A stretch of DNA of 64,000 nt from Clostridia bacterium (GTDB lineage Bacteria; Bacillota; Clostridia; UMGS1883; UMGS1540). Positions 56,102 to 64,000 of this stretch are shown here, piece after piece. The first letter of the stretch is position 1, and every line of letters begins with the position of its first letter. The stretch covers positions 22,949-86,948 of the forward strand of contig JAZNHR010000002.1 in assembly GCA_045577075.1 (NCBI GenBank), read 5' to 3'. The notes under the pieces were generated by a model. It was not told the DNA's origin and ran no database searches. It was given only the letters and a program-made list of their open reading frames with translations. A program made the translations under genes and the position numbers.

Positions 56102-57415
56102 TTACAGGGCGCGTCTATCAATCACGCGCTTTGCCTTACCTTCGCTTCTCGGAATGGTGCCGGGTTCAACAAGACGAACCTTGGCACTAATGCCGAGAAC
56201 GCTGTCAAGACGGCTACGGATTTTACCGCCGAGATCCTCAAGGGTACGTACTTTATCGGAAAATACGCTATCGGAAACTTCAATCTGTACTTCCATAATA
56301 TCGAGATTATCTTTTCTGTCTACATAAATCATGTAATGGGGCGATGTATCACCCACATCCAGAAGTACGCTTTCAATCTGGGACGGGAATACGTTTACGC
56401 CACGGATAATGAGCATATCGTCTGTTCTGCCCGAGGGCTTTGCCATTCTGGCGTGGGTTCTGCCACAGGCGCATGTAGCACGGTTAAGGCTCGAAACATC
56501 GTGGGTGCGGTAACGAAGAAGCGGCAAAGCTTCCTTCGTAATACAGGAGAATACGAGCTCGCCGTTTTCGTTGTCGCCCATTTGCGCACCTGTTTCGGGG
56601 TTAATAATTTCCGGCAGAAAATGGTCTTCCCAAATGTGTAGGCCGTTTTTATATTCGCAGTCCATGGATACACCGGGGCCCATAACCTCGCTAAGTCCAT
56701 AAATATCGCGAGCATCAATGCCGAGACGGCGTTCAATTTCTGCGCGCATGGGCTCTGTCCAGGGTTCTGCTCCAAAAATGCCGGTCTTTAGTTTCATAGA
56801 ACTCCTGTCAACACCCATCTGCTCCAGCGTCTCGGCAATATAAAGGGCGTAGGACGGTGTACAGCAAAGCACGGTGGTGCCAAAATCCTGCATGACCGTT
56901 ACCTGTCTTGCGGTATTACCTGTAGACGTAGGCACGACAGTTGCGCCGATTCTCTCAGCGCCCCCGTGGGCACCAAGACCGCCTGTAAAAAGGCCGTAGC
57001 CGTAGGAAACCTGCACAACGGAGCTTTTATCTGCCCCTGCCATGGTCAGGCACCGCGCCACGATTTCCGACCATGCGTTAAGGTCATTCTGGGTATATCC
57101 TACCACCGTCTGCTTGCCGGTTGTACCGGAAGACGCGTGAACACGCACCACCTCGTCCATAGGAACAGCAAAAAGCCCGAAGGGGTATGTATCACGAAGG
57201 TCCTGCTTATAGGTAAAAGGGAGTTTTACAATATCGGCGGCTGTTTTAATGTCCCCGGGCAAAACGCCTTCCCTATCCATTTTCGCGCGGTAGAAGGGAA
57301 CGTTGTTGTAAACTCTTTCCACGGTGCGACGCAGGTTTTCCGACTGTACGGCGAAAATCTCGTCCCTTGACATTTTTTCTACTTTTTCATTCCACATCTT
57401 CGACATGACAATCAC
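56102..57415 (-). CDS. paaK: Phenylacetate--CoA ligase
   Basis: Adenylate-forming motif [14 protein letters not shown]. 437 aa. Confidence 0.9.
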   Translation of the reverse strand: MIVMSKMWNEKVEKMSRDEIFAVQSENLRRTVERVYNNVPFYRAKMDREGVLPGDIKTAADIVKLPFTYKQDLRDTYPFGLFAVPMDEVVRVHASSGTTGKQTVVGYTQNDLNAWSEIVARCLTMAGADKSSVVQVSYGYGLFTGGLGAHGGAERIGATVVPTSTGNTARQVTVMQDFGTTVLCCTPSYALYIAETLEQMGVDRSSMKLKTGIFGAEPWTEPMRAEIERRLGIDARDIYGLSEVMGPGVSMDCEYKNGLHIWEDHFLPEIINPETGAQMGDNENGELVFSCITKEALPLLRYRTHDVSSLNRATCACGRTHARMAKPSGRTDDMLIIRGVNVFPSQIESVLLDVGDTSPHYMIYVDRKDNLDIMEVQIEVSDSVFSDKVRTLEDLGGKIRSRLDSVLGISAKVRLVEPGTIPRSEGKAKRVIDRRAL

Positions 57416-57975
57416 TCCTTATATCCAAGTGCAAATGCCTTTTTGTTAATATCCAAAAACTTCGGCGGCACAGTCCGCTCAATGGCGGACATCCATTCCG
57501 TCTCCGGAATGTCCGTATGGGCGGCGAGTACCCCGATTAAAACAACGTTTACCGCCTTTTCGCTCCCCGCTTCTCTGGCAAGAGATAAGGCATCCACTGC
57601 CGTCATATCAATTCCCATAGCGGCAATTTTCCCTGTAATATCCTTGGGATATTCCATTTTCCCTGTGATAACGGGCATAGGGTCTGTACACTGGGTGTTT
57701 AAGAGGAGCTTGCCGCCTTTCTTAAGGTATGGCAGATAGCGGTACGCTTCCAGCTCTTCAAAGGCTAAAACAATATCCGCTTCCCCTTCTTCTACAATGG
57801 GAGAGTACACTTTTTCACCATATTTTACATAGGTGACAACGCTACCGCCACGTTGGCTCATGCCGTGCACTTCCGATACTTTTACATCAAAACCGCCGTC
57901 TTGCGCCACGCGGCCTAAAATACGGCTTGCCAGGAGTGTGCCTTGTCCGCCGACACCGGCAATCAATATATTCAT
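57412..57975 (-). CDS. iorB: Indolepyruvate ferredoxin oxidoreductase, beta subunit
   Basis: 187 aa starting [13 protein letters not shown]. Confidence 0.85.
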   Translation of the reverse strand: MNILIAGVGGQGTLLASRILGRVAQDGGFDVKVSEVHGMSQRGGSVVTYVKYGEKVYSPIVEEGEADIVLAFEELEAYRYLPYLKKGGKLLLNTQCTDPMPVITGKMEYPKDITGKIAAMGIDMTAVDALSLAREAGSEKAVNVVLIGVLAAHTDIPETEWMSAIERTVPPKFLDINKKAFALGYKE

Positions 57976-59702
57976 TTTGTTTCCTCCTTTGAAAGGGCAC
58001 CGAATTTACATACGTTCATGCAAAGTCCGCAGCCATTACAGAGTGTTTTGTCAATCACGATGCCATCTTTGTAGCTGATGGCAGGACATCCGATTTTCAT
58101 GCACATTTTGCAATTTTTACACTTTTCAGGGTCTACTGCTGCTTTCCCTGTAAATTTCACGCTCTTTAAAAGTGCACAGGGACGCTGGGCGATGATTACG
58201 GAAGGCTCGTTTGCCGCTGTTTCTTCTTTTACAACCTTTTCAAAGGCATCCACATCAAAGGGATCACAGATAACCACTCTGTCAATGCCAATGGCATGGC
58301 AAAGTGCCTCGAGATCCACCTGCTTTGTTGGCTCACCTTTTAAGGTAAGACCCGTAGTGGGGTTTTGCTGGTGGCCGGTCATGCCTGTGATGGAGTTATC
58401 CAGAATAATCGTGGTTGCGGTACCTTTATTATACACGACGTTGATAAGACCCGTAATGCCGGAATGCATAAACGTACTGTCGCCAATAATAGCTACGGTT
58501 TTGGGGCTTTGACCCGTCGCCATTTCCATACCGTGTGCCATGCCAATGCCGGCGCCCATGCAGACGCAGGTGTCAATGCTCTCTAAGGGTGCCAGTGCGC
58601 CGAGGGTATAACAGCCAATATCACCCGTTACGCGAAGCCCCAGCTTTTTCAACACATAGTGCATACCACGATGGGGACAGCCCGGACAAAGCACGGGAGG
58701 ACGTACCGGAATAGGCTCATCTGCTTTCTTAATTTCCGGTTTTTCTGTACCAAGAATCTTTTCCCGAATCATAGCCGCGGTAATTTCGCCCTTTATGGGC
58801 ATCAAGGATTTTCCTTCCACCTTAAGCCCAAGGCGTTTGACATGGTTTTCGATAAAGGGATCCAGTTCTTCGATTACATAAAGCTTTTCTACGTTTTTTG
58901 CAAAATCACAAATCAGCTTTTCGGGGAGAGGATACACCATGCCAAGCTTTAAAAAGCTTGCATTTGGAAGGGCTTCTTTCGCGTAGAAGTATCCTGTGCC
59001 CGCAGTAATAATACCAATTTTTTTATCATTATATTCTACTGTGTTTAAGTCCGAAGTTTCGGCAAATGCGGTTGCCTTTTTGAGTCTTTCCTCCACCGCC
59101 GCATGTCTGCCGCGTGCCATTGCCGGCATCATGACATACTTCATGGCGTCCTTTTCGTAAGGCTTATCCGGTACATCTTCCCTCTCACCCAGCTCTACAA
59201 GGCTCTGGGAATGGGCAATTCGGGTGGAGAGACGAAGGAGAACGGGAGAATCGAATTCTTCGCTCAAGGCATACGCCTTTTTCATATACTCCTTACACTC
59301 ACTACTGTCAGACGGCTCCAGCATTAAAACCTTTGCGGCTTCCGCATAGTGCCGGCTATCCTGTTCGTTTTGGGAACTGTGCATCCCGGGGTCATCGGCA
59401 ACGCACACAACAAGACCGCCGCGAACGCCAGTGTATCCCACAGTGAAAAGGGGGTCAGCTGCCACGTTAAGGCCTACATGCTTCATGCAGGCACAGCTAC
59501 GGACACCTGCAACACTGGCGCCGATTGCAACTTCCAGCGCAACCTTTTCATTGGGTGCCCATTCTGCATAGATTTCTTCATATTTTGCAGCGTTTTCCGT
59601 AATTTCCGTGCTAGGTGTGCCGGGATAGGAAGAAAAGACTTTTACGCCGGCCTCATACGCGCCTCGGGCAATCGCTGCATTTCCAAGTAGTAACTCTTTC
59701 AT
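57972..59702 (-). CDS. iorA: Indolepyruvate ferredoxin oxidoreductase, alpha subunit
   Basis: TPP-binding domain plus C-terminal 2x[4Fe-4S] ferredoxin motifs (CKNCKMCMKIGCP; CNGCGLCMNVC). Confidence 0.9.
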   Translation of the reverse strand: MKELLLGNAAIARGAYEAGVKVFSSYPGTPSTEITENAAKYEEIYAEWAPNEKVALEVAIGASVAGVRSCACMKHVGLNVAADPLFTVGYTGVRGGLVVCVADDPGMHSSQNEQDSRHYAEAAKVLMLEPSDSSECKEYMKKAYALSEEFDSPVLLRLSTRIAHSQSLVELGEREDVPDKPYEKDAMKYVMMPAMARGRHAAVEERLKKATAFAETSDLNTVEYNDKKIGIITAGTGYFYAKEALPNASFLKLGMVYPLPEKLICDFAKNVEKLYVIEELDPFIENHVKRLGLKVEGKSLMPIKGEITAAMIREKILGTEKPEIKKADEPIPVRPPVLCPGCPHRGMHYVLKKLGLRVTGDIGCYTLGALAPLESIDTCVCMGAGIGMAHGMEMATGQSPKTVAIIGDSTFMHSGITGLINVVYNKGTATTIILDNSITGMTGHQQNPTTGLTLKGEPTKQVDLEALCHAIGIDRVVICDPFDVDAFEKVVKEETAANEPSVIIAQRPCALLKSVKFTGKAAVDPEKCKNCKMCMKIGCPAISYKDGIVIDKTLCNGCGLCMNVCKFGALSKEETK

Positions 59703-59707
59703 GCTTT

Positions 59708-61225
59708 TTACACTCCTTGTATTTTTATACTTCCTTTTTTTGTAATCAAACTGACAACGGGGGTGATAACAAGGGATACTGCCATTGCTACTACGCCGTA
59801 AATCGGCGCATTGCTCATGGCCCCCTTAAAATTAGTGGTAAGTGTTTCAATCAAAGTCAACACCCCGACAACACCGGTACCGGATAAAAGACCGCACCAA
59901 GCGCCTGCCTTGGTAATCCACTTTGTACACACGCCCCAGATAAAGGGTCCAATAAAGCAGCCTGCCACCGTGCCCCAGGAAAACGACATGATGTTTACAA
60001 TAATGGAAATGTTGCCGATGGCAAAGAGGAACGACAGCAAAATGAATAACAGGCAAAGCCCTCTTGTCAGTATCATTTGTTTTTTCTGATCGTAATTTGG
60101 TTTTACAACCGGAAGAAGGTCAACACTAATGGCAGAAGAACTGCTGAGTACAATTGCCGACAGTGTAGACATAGACGCCGACAACAGAAGCAGCATAATA
60201 ATTGCCAGGATAATCGTTGAAAAGAGATTGCTGTCCCCTAAGGCTAGGAGAAGTGTGTTCGGCACAACTGCATCATAGCCGCCCACATCTGGAAGTTGAT
60301 TTCCAAGGAAAATTCTTCCTAAAGCCCCGGTAAAATACGCACCGACGCCGATTAAAAGGCAGAATGCCGTTGCCACAACCGTGGCAGTTTTGATGGACTT
60401 TTCGTCCCGGATGGCATAATATTTGCTGACCATTTGGGGAAGCCCCAAGGTGCCGAAGCTCGTAAGCAGAATATTAAAGAGAAGCGGTTTCCATTTACTG
60501 CCGCCAAAGGGGTCAAGAAGATCTATACCGTCTGCCGCCCCATAAACACGCAGTTTCTCGACCGCCCCCGAAATACCGCCAACCATATCATGGTTTAAGA
60601 GAAGAACAACCATGCAGATGACACCGAAAATCATGATAATGCCCTGCACGAAATCCGTTCTGGAAGATGCAATATAACCGCCAAGCACCAAGTAAATGCT
60701 GGACAAAACGGCAATCACGAGCATAATCATCCACACCGGGGCTGCAGGAAAAATAACGTTAAACATGGAGCCCAGCCCTTTATACACCGCCGCCGAATAG
60801 GGCACGAGAAATATAAAGATGACAAGGGCGGCATACACCTTCATCGCCGTGCTTCCAAACCGTTTTTCAAAAAACTCGGGCATGGTTTTTGCCCCGAGCT
60901 GATGGGTGATGTTTCGTGTTCGTTTTGCAAGAAGAAGCCAGGAAAGAAGGCACCCGAGAAGTGCATTACATACACCAATCCACATGCCTGCAAAGCCCAC
61001 TGTCCAGCCCTGCTGTCCTGCATAACCTATAAAAATAACTGCCGAAAAATAACTTGTGCCATACGAAAATGCCGTAAGCCACGGCCCGATTTTACGCCCT
61101 CCGAGAAGAAAACCTTCCATTGAAGACGCCCGTTTTGCGCTATGAATGCCGATTGCCACCATCAAGACCGCAAAAAGCGTAAGCGCAATACCGGTAACTA
61201 CCTGTACATGCCCTAACTCTACCAT
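59708..61225 (-). CDS. Sodium:solute symporter family transporter
   Basis: 505 aa with ~13 TM helices (SSF fold). Stop lies 5 nt before the iorA start. Confidence 0.8.
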   Translation of the reverse strand: MVELGHVQVVTGIALTLFAVLMVAIGIHSAKRASSMEGFLLGGRKIGPWLTAFSYGTSYFSAVIFIGYAGQQGWTVGFAGMWIGVCNALLGCLLSWLLLAKRTRNITHQLGAKTMPEFFEKRFGSTAMKVYAALVIFIFLVPYSAAVYKGLGSMFNVIFPAAPVWMIMLVIAVLSSIYLVLGGYIASSRTDFVQGIIMIFGVICMVVLLLNHDMVGGISGAVEKLRVYGAADGIDLLDPFGGSKWKPLLFNILLTSFGTLGLPQMVSKYYAIRDEKSIKTATVVATAFCLLIGVGAYFTGALGRIFLGNQLPDVGGYDAVVPNTLLLALGDSNLFSTIILAIIMLLLLSASMSTLSAIVLSSSSAISVDLLPVVKPNYDQKKQMILTRGLCLLFILLSFLFAIGNISIIVNIMSFSWGTVAGCFIGPFIWGVCTKWITKAGAWCGLLSGTGVVGVLTLIETLTTNFKGAMSNAPIYGVVAMAVSLVITPVVSLITKKGSIKIQGV

Positions 61226-61285
61226 TTTTCTTCCGTCCTTCCATGCTACAAAAAATCTATATACACCACTTCGTGTGGGTATACA

Positions 61286-62368
61286 CTACATTTCTTCGCC
61301 CTTTAGCTTTTCGCTCTGTGCATTCGTAATCAGGGCGTCGATTACTTCGTCCATATCCCCGTTCAAAAACGCATCAATTTTATAAATTGTCAGACCGATG
61401 CGGTGGTCGCTGATTCGCCCTTGCGGGAAGTTATAGGTACGGATTCGTTCACTTCTATCCCCTGTGCCGACCTGGCTCTTTCGTTCCTGGGCAATAGAGT
61501 CATGCTGCTGCTGCTGCATCAGGTCATAAATGCGAGAACGCAGAATTTTCATACCCTTATCCTTGTTTTTATGCTGACTCTTTTCGTCCTGGCAGGATAC
61601 GACGATGCCTGTAGGCAAGTGGGTAATGCGCACAGCGGAGTCCGTGGTGTTAACGCACTGGCCACCCGGTCCCCCTGCGCGGAATACGTCGATTTTTAAA
61701 TCATTGGGGTTAATTTCAACTTCCACTTCTTCGACTTCCGGCAACACCGCCACCGTAACGGTAGAGGTATGAATTCTGCCGCCGGATTCCGTTGCCGGCA
61801 CACGCTGAACACGGTGCACACCGCTTTCAAATTTCAAGCGGCTGTAGGCGCCCTGCCCTTCTATCATAAAGGAAATTTCTTTAACGCCGCCAATATCTGT
61901 AATATTAGAGCTTAACACCTCAATTTTCCAACGGCGAGATTCTGCGTACATCGTATACATACGATACAAATCTGCCGCAAAAAGTGCCGCCTCATCTCCC
62001 CCCGCACCGCCACGAATTTCCACGATAACATTCTTATCGTCATTCGGGTCTTTGGGAAGGAGCAGAATCTTAAGTTCCTCAGAAAGCACTTCAATCTGTG
62101 CCTTGGAATCTTCAATTTCCACTTGCAGCATTTCTTTAAAATCCCTATCCGTTTCCGTTTCCAAAAGAAGCTGCGCCTCTTCTATTGTTTCCTTTGCTTT
62201 TTTATAGGCTCTGTATTTATCCACAATGGGAGAAATGTCAGAATGCTCCTTGCACAGCTTACGCCAGGTCTCCTGGTCAGCAATCACCGCGGGGTCACTG
62301 ATTTTTTCGCTCAGCTCCTCATGTCTTGTTTCTATAAAAGATAATTTTTCAAACATCGGTTTCTCCAT
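61286..62368 (-). CDS. prfA: Peptide chain release factor 1
   Basis: GGQ motif and PAT tripeptide anticodon motif. 360 aa. Confidence 0.95.
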   Translation of the reverse strand: MEKPMFEKLSFIETRHEELSEKISDPAVIADQETWRKLCKEHSDISPIVDKYRAYKKAKETIEEAQLLLETETDRDFKEMLQVEIEDSKAQIEVLSEELKILLLPKDPNDDKNVIVEIRGGAGGDEAALFAADLYRMYTMYAESRRWKIEVLSSNITDIGGVKEISFMIEGQGAYSRLKFESGVHRVQRVPATESGGRIHTSTVTVAVLPEVEEVEVEINPNDLKIDVFRAGGPGGQCVNTTDSAVRITHLPTGIVVSCQDEKSQHKNKDKGMKILRSRIYDLMQQQQHDSIAQERKSQVGTGDRSERIRTYNFPQGRISDHRIGLTIYKIDAFLNGDMDEVIDALITNAQSEKLKGEEM

Positions 62369-62482
62369 TCTGTTTTCATTTAGTATAGTATTATATCATA
62401 GAGGTATTGTTTTGTCAAGATTTTGCGGTGCAAATCCCCTTGACACGCCTTTTTGCAAATGGTATAATAAGGTGATTTTTTT

Positions 62483-63751
62483 ATGACGGAGGAAATGCGC
62501 GTGGAAACAAAAAAGCTTGTCGAGCCAAAGTACATGTTTTTTCTGCTTGCCCTCTCCTGGCTTGTTTATTTTTCCGGCTATCTTGCAAGGCTGAATTACG
62601 GTGCAGTGGTGCCGGAAATTATTCGTTCCACCGGCATCCCCAAGGGAAGTGCCGGACTTATCAGCACGGGTGCTACCATTGCATATGCAGTCGGGCAGAT
62701 TATAAGCGGTATTTTAGGCGACCGTTTTTCGCCCCGATATGTAATGTTTGCCGGCCTTTTTACTACATCTCTATGTAATTTTTTAATGCCTCTTGTCCCC
62801 TCCATGCAGCTTTGGGTTGTCATCTGGTGTATAAACGGTCTTGCTCAAGCCATGCTCTGGCCGCCTATGCTCCGTATTTTTACGGAATACTATAGAGCAA
62901 GGGATTTGTCGAAAATGTATGTCCGCGTTTCAACGTCCAACACATTTGGGACACTCGCCGTATATCTGCTCGCCTTTTTCTGCGTATATCTCGGTAGCTG
63001 GAAGTTGATTTTTATAATTTCATCCCTATTTGGTTTTCTGATTTCTTTCTTTTGGCTGTATGGGATGCGCCGCATAGAGCAACACCGCATGACCTTTGGC
63101 GTACCGGAAGAACGCGATACAAAGGAAGAAGATTCTTCTTCTGCCCCCTTCTCCTACAAAGTGCTTCTTAGTGCCGGTATCTTTACCCTTGCAGGTGCCA
63201 CGCTTTTGCACGGGGCACTCAAAGAAAGCGTAACCTTCTGGATGCCTACGTTCATTATGGAAGTGTTCCACTGGGAAAGTGCCGCATCCATTTTATCTAC
63301 GTTTTTGATGCCTGTTTTCAGCCTTTTATGCCTTTACATTGCAACCTATTTAAACGATAAGATTTTTAAAAACGAAGTAAAAACCAGCGTGGCTTTTTTT
63401 GCCTTTGCGCTCTTCGGCAGTATCGGCATCCGCCTGTTCCCGGGTACAAGCCCCATACTGTCCCTCCTGTTTGGCACAATGATTACTTCCGCAATGTACG
63501 GTGCAAACCTTATGCTGATTACAGCCATTCCGGGCTATTTCTCGAGATACGGAAAAGCGGCAACCTTAACGGGTGCATTAAACGCGTGTGCATATGCAGG
63601 CACATCCCTTTCTACCTTTGGTATCGGCGCACTTTCCGATGCCTTTGGTTGGCATGCCTCTTTAAATGCCTGGCTGCTTATCGCCGCACTTGGCATGATT
63701 TTATGTCTTGTATCACTCCGCCGCTGGACGAAATTTTTACATAACGCTTAA
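62483..63751 (+). CDS. MFS transporter
   Basis: 422 aa with 12 TM helices. AAGGTGA RBS 7 nt upstream. Confidence 0.8.
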   Translation: MTEEMRVETKKLVEPKYMFFLLALSWLVYFSGYLARLNYGAVVPEIIRSTGIPKGSAGLISTGATIAYAVGQIISGILGDRFSPRYVMFAGLFTTSLCNFLMPLVPSMQLWVVIWCINGLAQAMLWPPMLRIFTEYYRARDLSKMYVRVSTSNTFGTLAVYLLAFFCVYLGSWKLIFIISSLFGFLISFFWLYGMRRIEQHRMTFGVPEERDTKEEDSSSAPFSYKVLLSAGIFTLAGATLLHGALKESVTFWMPTFIMEVFHWESAASILSTFLMPVFSLLCLYIATYLNDKIFKNEVKTSVAFFAFALFGSIGIRLFPGTSPILSLLFGTMITSAMYGANLMLITAIPGYFSRYGKAATLTGALNACAYAGTSLSTFGIGALSDAFGWHASLNAWLLIAALGMILCLVSLRRWTKFLHNA

Positions 63752-63809
63752 AATATGTAACCCTTTCCTACGCCTTCGAATACAATAAAGGTAGACGGAG
63801 GTGTACATA

Positions 63810-63959
63810 ATGTGTGGTAAACGCAGGGCAATCGGTGTTATAATTTTATCTTTTTCCACGGGTGCATTGCTTGCAGCCGCCTTACCTCTGTGGATATTAG
63901 CCATTATCGAAGCCATAATGCTGATTATCATTGGCTGGTGCTTTTTTAGCGGCGATTAA
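63810..63959 (+). CDS. Possible 49-aa two-TM membrane peptide
   Basis: GGAGGTG RBS 6 nt before the ATG. Not in the ORF track (<60 aa). Followed by AGGAGGTG plus a TTG at 63977 that starts a gene running off the window. Confidence 0.3.
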   Translation: MCGKRRAIGVIILSFSTGALLAAALPLWILAIIEAIMLIIIGWCFFSGD

Positions 63960-64000
63960 AATAGGAGGTGCGTCTTTTGAAGGTTGTCGTCTGGAAGGCG

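Noticed and set aside
1-64000. CRISPR arrays, IS elements or transposases, rRNA genes
   Set aside because: No regularly spaced direct repeats, no transposase-like ORFs and no rRNA-like sequence anywhere in the window. The only mobile element is the prophage.

Overview
This window reads as a low-GC Gram-positive, spore-forming Clostridia chromosome: it carries spoIID, spoIIP, spoIIID, spoVAC/AD, an alpha/beta-type SASP and a ypeB-like gene. The first ~8.6 kb is the integrase-proximal end of a temperate prophage that runs off the left edge of the window. From left to right the prophage carries the following.
- Minus-strand early genes: a partial CHC2 zinc-finger primase, an ERCC4-type nuclease, a DUF669 SSB-like protein, a PD-(D/E)XK nuclease, a Sak4-like AAA_24 ATPase, small zinc-ribbon and HTH proteins, a LysM membrane protein and several small hypotheticals.
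- A cro-like HTH gene divergent from a CI/LexA-like S24-peptidase repressor.
- A 153-aa accessory (moron) ORF.
- A tyrosine integrase that abuts tRNA-Lys(CTT) at 8614..8689, the presumed integration target.

The rest of the window is host core genome. Genes named here are rpsU, thrS, tsaC, rimI, yajC-secDF, nagA, an rpsF-ssb-rpsR operon, tRNA-Asp, glgP, metY, aspC, PBP1A, murT, rluB, ftsY, rho, radA, tcdA, two Feo systems, kdgK-eda, an iorAB-paaK cluster and prfA.

The points worth a second look are:
- Lysogeny-associated accessory ORFs in the prophage, including a plus-strand gene with its own consensus promoter that converges on cro.
- The phage SSB-like protein, whose C-terminus copies the host SSB tip.
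- A palindromic bidirectional-terminator element present in two copies.
- A KDPG aldolase fused to a VOC domain.
- A secreted deacetylase with four ~33-aa tandem repeats.
- A hairpin that ends the PBP gene while burying the spoIID ribosome-binding site and a sigmaE-like -10.

No CRISPR array, IS element or rRNA was seen.
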